Shown: positions 1 to 11,970 of the stretch, piece after piece
Numbering within the stretch: position 1 is the first letter of the stretch
Layout: every line of letters begins with the position of its first letter
Assembly: GCF_000143415.4 (NCBI RefSeq)
Contig: NW_003314303.1
Coordinates: forward strand, 1,053,322 to 1,117,321
Direction: 5' to 3'
Source of the DNA: Selaginella moellendorffii
Lineage: Eukaryota > Plantae > Lycopodiophyta
DNA: 64,000 nt
The notes under the pieces: generated by a model
The model's database searches: none
What the model was told of the DNA's origin: nothing
What the model saw: the letters and a program-made list of their open reading frames with translations, nothing else
Made by a program: the position numbers and the translations under genes

Positions 1-2199
1 CTTCATCTGCCCTATTGCTGCCAAGCATCGCACAACATCCCAGCATTCTGTAGGGGTGAAAGCATCCTTCTTCACAATGGTGGGTCGAGATAAGTGTGCT
101 TGAGAGCAAGGGGCATGGCCACAAACTATGGTCATGCAAATATTGCACAATGGTGAACAAGCTTAGTGGCATTGATTGTGTGCGAGCTCATCTATTGGGA
201 GAAGGCCCAGGCGGCAGGGATATTGTGAGTTGCCCCTTATCCCAGGTAACAAGAAGGCAGAGTTGGTTAACATGCAAAAGGTTATTGACTCTAAGAAAGG
301 CACAAGGGGGAAGAAACAATTGAATGTAGAACTTTCAATGCTAGTGGTATCATCCTAGGCAAGTGGAAGTGGCTACTTTTCCTCGTTTAGCAAACAGAGC
401 CAAGTCTATATTGTAGATTTGATGGATCCAAAATGGAAGAGTTAAGTTGATATGGCAATTGGAAGGTTTTTCTGGAATAAATACATTCCATTTGTGAAGG
501 CTTGGTCCCCTTACTTCCTCAATATGATCTAGGAAGTTGCCAAGCATAGTGTGCTTTATGCACCACAAAAATATGATAATCTTTGGGAGAAGCTTTATTG
601 AAAGAGAAGGGATTCATTGATGTTGAGATGGCATCCATGAAGAAGTAGTGGGAGCAGAGGGGTGTAACTATATGCGCAGATGGGTGGGCAGATAGAAGGA
701 ATTAGCATATCATGGGGTTTGTGGCATATAGTCAAGGACAAGTAGCTTTTTTGAAGGCTATCGATATTTCCTTATTAGGAAAAACAATTAAGAATACTTT
801 GCATTTCTAGGAAGAAGGCATTAGCATTGTTACTGTAGAGAATGTTGTCATGGTTGTAATAGATGGAGAAAATATGAACAGAGCAGCAGCAACATTTTAA
901 AACAAAGGTACCCAAAGATTCAATATGTAGCATGTTTTGCCCATTGCTTGAATAATGTCTTGAAAGACTTTAATGAACTTCCATGGGTGGTAACTCTTCT
1001 GGAGTGAGGAAAGGCTTTGGTGAGCTTTGTCAGGAACCACTCTCATATGGTGGCATTGCTAGCAAAGTCTCACAAGCAAATGCTAAGCTATTGTGATATG
1101 AGGTTTGGCTACAACTTCATTATGATGGAGAGGCTGGTGGAGCTCTGGGAAGCTCTGCAATAGATGTTTGTATACCTTGCATACAAAGCAAGGCTTTAGT
1201 CAAAGATCAGAGAAGGCAGAGACAATCATGAAACCATTTTTGATGACCATTTTTGGGAATAGGTTAAAGACATATTAGAGGTGTCCAAGGATGTTATGCT
1301 ACTACTTCATCTTGTGGATGGTGATATACTTGCAATTGGAAAAATATATAAGTGTATGAACAAGTTGGATGTAAGTTTAGAGGAAGGACAATTGGATTAT
1401 GGTAGGTATATGGAACTTAATTAGATCATGTCTAACTGGTGGTATGAGTATCACTCGCTTATGCACTTGGTGGTATATATGCTAGACCCCAAGTTTGGAG
1501 AGCATAAAAAGCATGCCAATAGAGAAGTCATGAAGGATTGGAATGCTTATCTATTGGCCATGTTTACATCCAATGAGAAGGACATGATACAGGATGAACT
1601 TTTAATTTACAGGAGAATAGGAGGCATTTTCAACTTGATTGAAGCTAAAACTGATCGCACTAAGAAGGGAGCTGTACGTTGGTGGGAGGACTATGGTTAT
1701 GAAATTCTAGCTCTTCAAAAGTTGGCTATTTGAGTTCTAAGTCACACATTCTCGTCATCCTCGGTGGAGAGATTATTTAGCACTTTTGAGCATGTGTCTT
1801 CAAAGAAGAGGGATAGATTTATTATGGACAGGACAATAAATTTGGTTTTCGTAGCTTGCAATAGCAAGTTGTTAACCTACAAAAATGATCGTGACTACTA
1901 CAAGTTTGTGAGCTACAAAGTACTAGAGACAATTCTTCATCTAGAAGATGAGCTTGAGTCGAAGAAGAGGAAGATGGAAATGATGTCAAAGATTGTGAGG
2001 TTGAAGATAATGATGATTTATAAGATGTTTGAGTATAATAGAAAGTAGCATATTCCTAGAATAAAAATAGAATATTTTTAAAATATTCACTAGAATATTT
2101 GTGAGCCATCGTAAGCCATCGTGAGCCGTGATTATATTTTGTGGTCAAGTTCTTGAAATCTTCTTGTGTTCGTGTTCTGTGTTCATATTCATAACTATA
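1..2199 (+). mobile_element. hAT DNA transposon, decayed copy A (5' end outside window)
   Basis: Collinear with the hAT at 56150-58721. BED finger LWSCKYC..RAHLL and dimerisation-domain WWEDYG..LQKLAI / ERLFSTF fragments with many stops. Ends in TIR-like ttcataactata at 2199. Confidence 0.93.
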
Positions 2200-2950
2200 G
2201 TACTTGGCCAAATGAGCATAAGGAAAGAATTCCTAATTGTCTATTTACCCAAGCATACTTGGCCTAGCTTGTTATTTTTCTTTTGTTTTGTCTTGTGCTA
2301 GCTTGGGAAAAGTCTAGTCCTTTAGTATTGAGTCTAATCCCTCAATATTGCTACATGATAGCTTACCCTGTCTACCAAACACCCTCGCTATCATGCCCTT
2401 TGTGTTAGTCTCATTTCGGTCCCAAATGCTATTTATGGAAAGTGTCTAGATTTGTTCATTTGGCATATTTATGGAATGTAGAAATTGTCTTGAACACAAT
2501 AGTATTTATCCTGTGTCTAAATTTGCAATCTAGAGACATTCCATATTTAGTAAGTTAGAGGGAGCTATAAGGGTCTAAATAGTAGAGATAGTGGTTAGAA
2601 TGTATGTTTGACCATCTGAGATATTAATTCGTCTTCCACTAAGTTGTGTCGCTCTTTGTTTTGCATCCAACTTGGGTTTAAACCCAAGCTCCACACTGCT
2701 CTAGTCAGTGGGGTACCCTCCTCTTCGCATTAAACCATTGGTATGCCAAAATTGTGCCAGACATCATTTGACACCATTTTGCATGTAGGTACTAAATACG
2801 GAGAGTTGGTGCTCATGGGATTGTATTGGACCCTCGTTTAGTAGTGCAACAAGCTTGGAATTTAACTCCAAATTTAGGTGCACTACATATAAATAATGGA
2901 ATATATAGACTACAAAAGTAGCTTGCTTGTCCAGATCATTTTAGTTCTTT
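2200..2950. repeat. Unclassified dispersed repeat (inverted homologue of ~28150-28700)
   Basis: 2371-2500 aligns by eye with the reverse complement of 28440-28560; boundaries approximate. Confidence 0.55.
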
Positions 2951-4189
2951 TGAGTGACTAAGAGTCCTTGATGATGAAGTGAACAACATGCATAGCCTGG
3001 TTGTCACCCTGCTAACACAAGGTGAAACAACAAGCTCCATCAAGCAACTGGATGAAGAGATGGAAATCTTGTTCTTAACTCAATAGCTGTAGAATAAGAT
3101 TTTGTGAAGTGACGAGTTGAGAGCTTGGAAGGCTGCCTCACACTCTGAATACTAACTAAAACTTACATCATTCTATAGTAATAGCTAAAGTGGTTGAACA
3201 ATCATGGCATAGTTGAAGATGAATCAGCAAAAGTAGCTTACTCCTCCCCAGAAGTATTGAAGTTTCTTGATATTTGAAGGGGGGATGGTTCAAAGTTGAG
3301 TTAAGCTTAACTCAACATAAGTCAATGCAAGTCAATGTAGTCAACTAAAAGTTTTATAAAGAAAATGTAAATTGAAGAAATGAAGGTTCTGGTGAAGTTT
3401 AAAATATTGAAATATGTAAGTACCTAGGTCAAAAATTTCTACTAGAATGAGTCATTTAGAAAAGAAAAATAAAACAAAAATCTATCTTTTTGAAAGCTAT
3501 ATTATTTTACTATGACTACCATATAGCTGTCATATTTTGATTTGATTATCATATTTTGACTAATTTTACAGCTGTTATTTATTACATACTATTCCTTCAT
3601 ATAAAAGTTTTTTCTAGAGTTCTTAAGAAGATGGGAAACAAGGAAAACAAAAAATCTATAAGAGTTGTAATGCAAAGAAATGTGAGAATATTAACTTTAT
3701 GTCACTAGTACAATCTCTATATCACACTTCTAGTCCTTATTACTCATCCAAGAATGTAAAGACCACTGTCACTATTGACAAAAATACTTTTATTACTTCT
3801 AAAACAATAATCCAAAACAAGAGAAATGAAGAAATAAGTAGCATGGCTCCATAAAAAAATTTATAGCATTTTTTAATTTATATAATACTTTCATATAAAA
3901 ACATCTACTTGCTTGATTATATCTCAATCTTCCTATAAGAGAAGACTAAGGTATATTTTGATAGTGAATACTCACTAGGAATTTTTAGGAGTCATTTATG
4001 AATAATAATAATAGAAATTAAAATCTTTCAAAAGACTCAAAAGTAATCATATTAAAGAATCAAGTCTCTCTACATTTCTAGGATTGAAAAATATTCTTGC
4101 ATAAAAGAATGCCAGAGTGCCAATATACCCTACCATTATAATGTGGTTTATATTTCTCTATAGTCTATTTCCCTAGAAAGTTGGTATAA

Positions 4190-4195
<6 letters not shown>

Positions 4196-4222
<27 letters not shown>
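4196..4222. repeat. (AT)n microsatellite
   Basis: About 13 AT units read directly. Confidence 0.9.
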
Positions 4223-4225
<3 letters not shown>

Positions 4226-5379
4226 ATTTAGAATTTTAGAAGCTCTAATGTTTATAAGTGAGTTATGATTATGAAGCCCTATTTTTGAGACTAACATTTC
4301 AAGAATCTGAGTATTGTCAGTGTCATAATAAATAAACCTCATTCCCAAGACAAAACTTAGTATATAAACTACCAAGAAAAGTTATGATCACTATAATTTT
4401 TTGTTGAGCTCATTATAATGTTGAAAGGTTTATATAGGAATCATTGAAAGAAAGACATCACTACTCATATTTGGCCACCCAGCATTTTATATTAATCTTC
4501 ACCTCCATCCCTAAATTCTACTAATATTCCACCTTCACCTCGACATAGCAATCCTCTTTCTATTGGGAGCTCTAGTGAAGCTAAACTAAAGCTCTATATA
4601 TATATAAAATTCTAGATCTTCCTATTAAAGAGGGATTGCCTCTAACACTTCAAAAGTAATGCCACATATTTTTGCAAGATCTTGCTTCTGACATTGCAAG
4701 ATGGTTTGAAAGCATAAAACACTATTATATTCAGTGTCTAATATGCTACTTATTTTTGGACAAGACAAATGGTTTCATGGGTCTACAAATTTTTCTTAAG
4801 CATTTTAGCAAGTCTAGAAAATATGCATCTGTGGATGTACAATAAATTCAAGAATAAGTTACAAACACATAAAACACATACCCACATATATATACATATA
4901 CATATAAATATATATAATCAAATGATATTAGTTGTAGGTAACATATCTTATTATAGAGTGGAATATCCACTATAAAATGATTATAAAAAAGAATGTATTA
5001 CAAGTGTAGTGTTCAATTTAGGAATGACTCAAAAGAAGAAAATGGTTAGGCTCTCTTGGCAGCCTTCAGATCAACACAAAATTAATGGTAACCAATGAAC
5101 ACATTGAGAATTTGATTTTAAGGTGCCTAATATGCCTTTTATTTTAGGTCAGAAATTCATTTCTATAGGCTTGAATAGTTTTCTTAAGCACTACCATAAT
5201 TGCTGAATAAATGGTGTTATCACTTTTTATATAATTATTTATAAGATGTTAAAAGATGAGATACACACAAGTGCTATAAAGTGATTGTGGTAGGCAAAAA
5301 TGACAATTTGCAATTATGATATCTAACACTATCACTAACATCCGACATATAATAGGCTTTTCATTTCATGTAAGAATGC

Positions 5380-7700
5380 AATTAACTTTCTTCTACCCCA
5401 TCATTAATATATTGATTTCTTTTACACCTCTTTCTATATTGGTATTGTGGGGAAGATTCACCTTGCATTTGTTGAGCCACAGCTTCAGTATAGTCAAGGA
5501 GACTTCCAAAGCCTCCAATTTTAGAAACTTTAGGTGACTGTAATCTATAAAATAGAACTAAACATGTATTGCATCTTAATAAATATAATTTACCTCCTTG
5601 AGGTTGGAAGTAGCTCATAAAATTCTTTGAGCCAGTGTTTGAAAAAATGATGTTCTTCAATAGCAAATATTAACTTACCAAAGTCACATATTATCTCCAC
5701 CATAGAACTACTACCTACTATGCAATCAATCACAACACCATTTGGTGGGCAATACAGTTCAAGTAAGATTTACATTGCCAATAGAGCTTGAAATCAATAC
5801 TTATGAAATGTGTTGCTGATTTGTTTGTCCACAAGATTGAGTATGATGTCAGTGGAATTGTTGTATCCAAGCAGAATGTGTGCTGCATGGTCATTATCAT
5901 GAAACCCATCATGCATGTTTCTATAGAAGGCATGATACATCATAACCTAGAAAATAAAAAAGTTTAGAAATTAGATAAATATAAAATACCTACTCACCTT
6001 TTTAGACTTGCTTTAGACACCCCTAGTATCGATGCCAACAAGATCCACAATTCACCCAAAAGAGAATGACTTAAAATAAACTTTTATTGCACACATCATA
6101 AGCTTATACATCTATTTAGGGTTGTTTGGTAAAATGAAGATGATAAAGTTAGGTTCAAACATAAGTGCTTCTAATAAAAAGAATATATCATATATGTGGT
6201 TGAGTGTAAGAAAATTCCAATCCTTGACTTTCCCATCAATATTTAAAAGACCATTTGGAAAGTAAAAAAGAATGAAGTTTGCAATTGGGAGGGCCTTTGT
6301 ATCTTTCAGCACTAACAGTCAAACTGACATTGTATATCCATATTCATATTGTCTTTTGTGAAAGATGTCAGGAATCTATTGTAAGAGCCAATAAAGACAC
6401 TCACAGTACCTTGGTGTATTATTGGGGAAACAAGATAAACCTATTGAAGAGTTAAGTGAATGAAAAAAGCAAGGAATAATATATACTATCATATAGCATG
6501 TTGTCAATAAGAGTTCCTCCAACTCCTCATCACGAGCATCTCGTCTAGTTAAAATGAAATATAATCATTACTATAAAAAACATGTGTTACCACTTTTTGT
6601 TTGTTAAAGTCACTTTTGCTTACCTTGAGGTCAACATGATATTTTGTGAACCACTTGATCATCGTTATTTATTAGTGTCATTACTAGCATTGATAACTTC
6701 CTCCTGGTCAAATGTAGGGGTTGCCTTCCCTAGGAGCTTCAACTCTTAAGAGCATTTGATTTTTTGTGCCTTTAGAAATCTTACAAATATTGTTGGGTAC
6801 ATTCTTCCATCTTTTACACCCTTTGTAACAAGTCAAGTGCAAATTAATCCCTCAAATGGTATACCTTTATATCAAAGATACCTGTAAATAATATCAATCA
6901 TAAGTTGTTATGCTAGTAGACTTTTGTAGAAGCCATTGATCCCTTCCAATGATGTGTTGACATAGGTGTTGAAAGACATGAATGTGCCATCTGGATCATT
7001 ACCAATATGTAGTTTCTTATCATATTCTTAAATACTTATGGCAAACTTTTCTCTTTATTCATCAAATAGATATTAAGGAACTCTAAAGTCTTTATCTATT
7101 ACTTGTATAGAAGCCTATAATGATGATCTTGCTACACTTGTCTGGCACTCACACACTCAAAATGATGGTATAACATTTTTAACAAACCAATCAGTTTCAT
7201 GCTCACTATGTGGTATAAAGTATATATTTCCCTTTCATTTTATAAAGGCTTCTTGTTATTGTTTTGGTTTTTAGTAAAGGTCAAGCAAGATGCTTATGAA
7301 TTTACACATCTGAAGAAGAGTCAAGAAGAGCTTTTAATTGAGCTCATTCAAATTGAGTATAAAATTCAATATGTAAAGTCTTTAAAATTGAAGAAATTAG
7401 TATGCATTGCAAACAATTATAAACCAAAGGAGTGGCTAGAGACTATAATCAAAATTTCTGCTCATGAATGTAAGTTTCTTATCACAAGCTTCATTTTTTA
7501 AATTACACATATATTACTTTTGTAGTCAACAAAACTCCAGATAACATAATTTACAATATCACATTCAAGTCTGCCAAATAATAGAGTTGCTTGATATCAT
7601 GGACAAGGTTCTATTTTTGAACAGCAAATTGCCCAAGCTTGCATTTAATTATGGCAAAACAAGTTAAAGTAGAGTTTAAGGTGAAATTATAACACTTACG
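5380..7700 (-). pseudogene. Decayed beta-class DNA amino-(N4C/N6A)-methyltransferase gene, possibly with N-terminal ParB-like domain
   Basis: Minus-strand 5770->5645 reads ILLELYCPPNGVVIDCIVGSSSMVEIICDFGKLIFAIEE (SAM-binding motif I region). ORF 6112-6312 has ANFILFYFPNGL...KDW at the DPPY position. ~7660 reads FNLFCHN*MQAW (ParB GxHR-like, weak). Boundaries approximate. Confidence 0.6.
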
Positions 7701-8272
7701 CATTAATATTTTGGTAAGCCAAGATAAGTCTATTGACATCTAAAGGTCCCCTTATATAGATATTGTTGACTAGAACATTGATAATTTAATGTTGATCTCA
7801 AGGATTATTCAACTTTGAATAGACATATCTAATGCTGCCATTAGAGTGTCCTCATGTAGCTATTGAGAATTTAAAATATAGATAAAATATTTGGATACAG
7901 AATTAATAAATATATAGAGATAAATAATTTTATTTATTGGTGCTTAGGATTTTTTAGTTCCTGCTGATGGACAAAATTCAGTCTCAATTGACATATCCAT
8001 CCATAACTACTATAATTAGCATATTTACCTTGGAATGCATAAATATAAATGTAATAGGTTGTGGAATTTCAAATTTTATAATTTTACATCAAATTCAGTG
8101 AAAAAAGAACAAAAATTATAAGAAAATCAATGCTAGGAAATCCCCACTCTAATTATACTATATAAGCATCCCCAATGAATGTGAATAGAAATAATTTTCT
8201 AAAGAAAGGAGTTAAGTTGAAATATATTGTGTAAAATCATCAGTATCTTCAAAACTATTCAATATAGAACCA

Positions 8273-10060
8273 TTACAGTATTTTACAGGTTCCAAGTAAT
8301 GACCCCCATGAAACAATGTCTGGTTGATAAGGCATTGTGTAAAAAAGCTCTCTTAAGATACCACTCCTCCCTAAAATATCTGCCATAGATCCAAAATGCT
8401 CAATATTGGGATGAATTGCATAGTCGAAAAGCATTCTGCTGAATTCCCTCTGCCCTCTTTTAAGCAGCCCAATGTGATCGCACACACACAGCACCATCGC
8501 AAATGTCTTCCCATTGGCACTCACGGCATTCACAGCCATCTCCTGCAAAAATTCCAAAGCGCATCCACCATTACCCGCATAGACGAATGCTGCCAGCATT
8601 GAATTCCACGATATTTCATCTAATTCTGGCATAGAATCAAAGAATCGCCTCGATTCTAAGAGAGCCCCTGTTTGTGCATAAGCACCAAGCATTGCATTCC
8701 AGGATGCCAAGCTCCGATCGAGCATCAAATCATGCATTCTCTTGGCATGGGCGATCATTCCACTTGATGCATAGGCGCCCACCATTGCGTTCCATGAGAT
8801 TGTATCGTGCTCCGGCATCTGATCAAACAGCGCCCTGGCCTCTTCCACCATAGCTACGAGTGCATAAGCTCCTAGCAATGCAGTCCACGATACTATGTCC
8901 CACTCGGGCATCTCGTGAAAAATGCCAAAACAATGTTCCAGATGCCTTGCCTGGGCAAATCCTTGAAGAGCCACATTCCATGAAGCAATATCCCGTTGAG
9001 GCATTGCTAGAAACAAATCGAAAGAACTACCTTGATATTTGGAGTCCACATAAGCGGCCATCATGCCATTCCAGGTTACTAACCGCCGAGATGGCATGGA
9101 TCAAAGACATTTCGTGCTTAACGTAGATGCCCGACAGCGGCATATGCTGTAGCATAATCGTGAGAGATGTTGTGCTCGGGCATGGAATCAAACCAGTGAC
9201 GTGTTTTAGATATCTTTAATTTTTGAGAATAAATCTGGAGAATAAGATTCCAGGAAACTATATCCCTTGTCGAAGATTCTTTTAGCATTTTCTAGATGCC
9301 CATTGCGCGCTTGTACCATGGCATTCCACGTCACCAGGTCCATGGTAATAGCGTTCTCCACGCTATCTTTGTGTTCCAGGTAATTAAATCCCTCTCAGGT
9401 TTTCTATCAAACGTTCGCTTGGCCTTTTCCAAATGCCCAGAAACTGAATATGCTGTAACTATGGAATTCCAGGATCCAGTGTCGCGATCTGGCATTGATC
9501 GAAACAATTGCTCTGCCCCGGAAAGATCTCCAAAGTTACTGTAAGCTTGGATCATGATGTTCCAGGAAACAGATCTCAATTCTATCAAACAAATCCTTCG
9601 CTTGGAAGAATTGTCCGCACCGTGCATAGGCGGAGATCATGATGTTCCAAGAGTGAAACGCTCCTGAGCTCAGGTATCCTCTCAAAAATCTCTCTTGCAG
9701 CGTGGAGATTGCTGTTCTCGGCAAACGCCGTGATCAATGCATTCCAGGAAACTTGGTTTTTGTGAGGATTCATCTGGAACGCGAGCATCGCGTCCTCAGC
9801 ACGGCCATTCTGAGCACAAGCGGAGATCATGATGTTCCAGGAGAAGGCATTGGGCTGCGCAATGGAATTGAAAACCTCCTTTGCGCTCTGGAGATCACCA
9901 CACCTCCCATACATTTGCACCGCCAAATTCAAGAGAAATCTATCACTGTGATGACTGCTGCTCGGCAGAATCCTCGCGTGGAGCCGCCTGGCCTGCCCCA
10001 GATCCCTGGCAATGCCGCAAGTGCGCAAGAGCACTGCGAGTTCTTCCCGCTCGCTCAGTG
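8273..10060 (-). pseudogene. PLS-class pentatricopeptide repeat (PPR) gene, frameshifted and truncated in the E domain
   Basis: Repeated xSWNxMxxAYAQxG motifs across ORFs 9585-10034, 9331-9627 and 8273-9097 in different frames. Ends PNIEHFGSMADILGRSG...PDIVSWGSLLGTCK. Confidence 0.88.
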
Positions 10061-11375
10061 TGTAGAACTTAAGGGTTTATGTATTTGGTCTTCAAATATT
10101 CATTACCAAATTATAATAAAAAAATCGTGAACTCCAACCCTAATTTTGATTAATAATCCAAAAATGATTGAATTCAAAATGGTACTATTTAAAGTGCTTT
10201 ATTTTTTAAAAGTGCCCTAAACACTATTTGGAATTGTGTTTTTAAAGAAGGTGCCTTAAACAACATTTAATACTTAATAGTGTTTTTAAAGTGCCTTTTG
10301 GATATATTCATTTAATGACCAAACAGTGTATTTTAGGTGCCTTAGACACCATTTAGTCACCTGGACAATCATAAAAAAGAGAAAATGGTGTATAGGGCAC
10401 CTAAAATACACTATTTAGTCATTGAATAGTGTATTGAGTAACCATGAAAAATACCATTTGGTACTAAATAGTGTTTTTTGGGTTTTAATTGGAAACAAAC
10501 AATCTATACACCATTTACATGCACAATTAGAAAAAGATTGAGTTGTTTTTGTCATGGAGTTAGAAAAGGCTCAAACCCATTTATAGTGTTAATTGACTGT
10601 CACATTCAAATGTGTTATAAGTGATTACATTGTTTATAGATTTCAAGATGTAATGATCTCCATATTTTTACAAAGAAAGTTTTATAAAAGTCTTATAATA
10701 TCATGACCAACTTTGGAGAGATATGAGTGTTTAATCTTGAAAAACTCATTTGATGAAATTGCATGATCTAATTAGATGTCCTTCAAAAGTATAAATGACA
10801 ATAATGATGCATACTAACATGCTAGATATTATTTTGAATAAAGGATTTCCAATAAATTTTTAGCATAGACTCTATAAACATCATAATCATGCAAAATGAG
10901 CAATATTCTATGTTTAAAGAATTCTTATAAGTGATTAACAATATACATGTTTAAACCCTTCACTACATATTTTAATATGTACGACCAAGCAATATTGAAT
11001 TTCAAACGTTTTCAATGTGGAGCGCCACATTTTGTTTGGACACGCTACTTTAAAAGAGGGCTCACAGCTCCTGTGAGGAACCATCGAAGTAGAAGAAGCT
11101 CTTAGTTTGTCTCTCTTTGTTTTCATGCTTTTGAAGTGAATCTCATGGCTTCCACTCAACTTAGAAATTACTCTTCGTGCTTCCCTAGGAACAGCTTCAA
11201 GCCTGCAAGGCCATTCTTGGTTGTTGCAAGTGCCGTGAGATTTGCTCCAAACAAGAACAATGAAGATGTTTCGCTTGTAATTGGCAGCAAAACAAAGAAA
11301 GTAGATGTCTCCATGGAGAAAGTTCTGGTCAAGGAGCTAGAGCAGGCATACGAAGTCTCGCCCATCAAAACATAA
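10040..11375. repeat. Left arm (core) of large inverted duplication; partner ~13400-14714
   Basis: Near-identical reverse complement of 13400-14714, covering the PPR/PLA1 intergenic region and the first ~75 PLA1 codons. Confidence 0.93.
11145..11375 (+). pseudogene. Truncated duplicate of the phospholipase A1 5' end
   Basis: MASTQLRNYSSCFPRNSFKPARP...VSPIKT* is nearly identical to the N-terminus of 11971-13632 and stops at the inversion breakpoint. Confidence 0.9.
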
Positions 11376-11679
11376 TTTACATGAAGAATGAAACCTGTGC
11401 ATGGCACTGCAGCATCTCCATCCTAGTAACTATCCACCGCTTTGCGAGTTTTGGGTGACAGGGGCAGAAATCCCAACCAATTGTCAACGCCTTGCAGCTC
11501 TTGCCACTTACACCATAGGCGACCACTAGGTTGTCTGAGCGCTCGCTTTTCATGAATCTTCAATGCGAATTGGAAAGATTTGTAGGTAGACAAGTGGAAT
11601 CCTTCACATCTAAACACTGTGGATGTGAAGGCGGGTCAATGATCTTAGCGCTGCTGGGAGCGGCAGCCATGGCTGCCAT
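11376..11679 (-). pseudogene. 5' fragment of a second, divergent phospholipase A1 paralogue
   Basis: KWQELQGVDNWLGFLPLSPKTRKAVDSY matches RWREIQGANDWEDLLEHPIDPCLRAEIIRY of the intact gene; frameshifted and cut at ~11376. Confidence 0.7.
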
Positions 11680-11970
11680 TGTGATAAAAAATTCCAGTTT
11701 CATCGATGCCTATTATACCGAGTCAAAATCCTTTCACTTTGTACTGAATTTGAAACTTTCAAACTGAAACGCTCGAGCTCATCCAGACGAAACCTGTCAC
11801 TCTTCGACATTGACGAATTCTTTCTTTATGCAAATCCACTCATTATTGTATTCACAACTTGTACAAATCACTGCCAACTTCAGGCTCCGAAATATGCTGT
11901 TTGTCACTAAACATTGTTCTTTACGCAATGCATGCCAACTTTCGTTACTCTCTTTCCATAGCACAGTCCC

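Noticed and set aside
3800-4420. Possible Ulp1-like protease relic on the plus strand (NIPYHYNVVYI)
   Set aside because: One weak motif in AT-rich, stop-ridden sequence.
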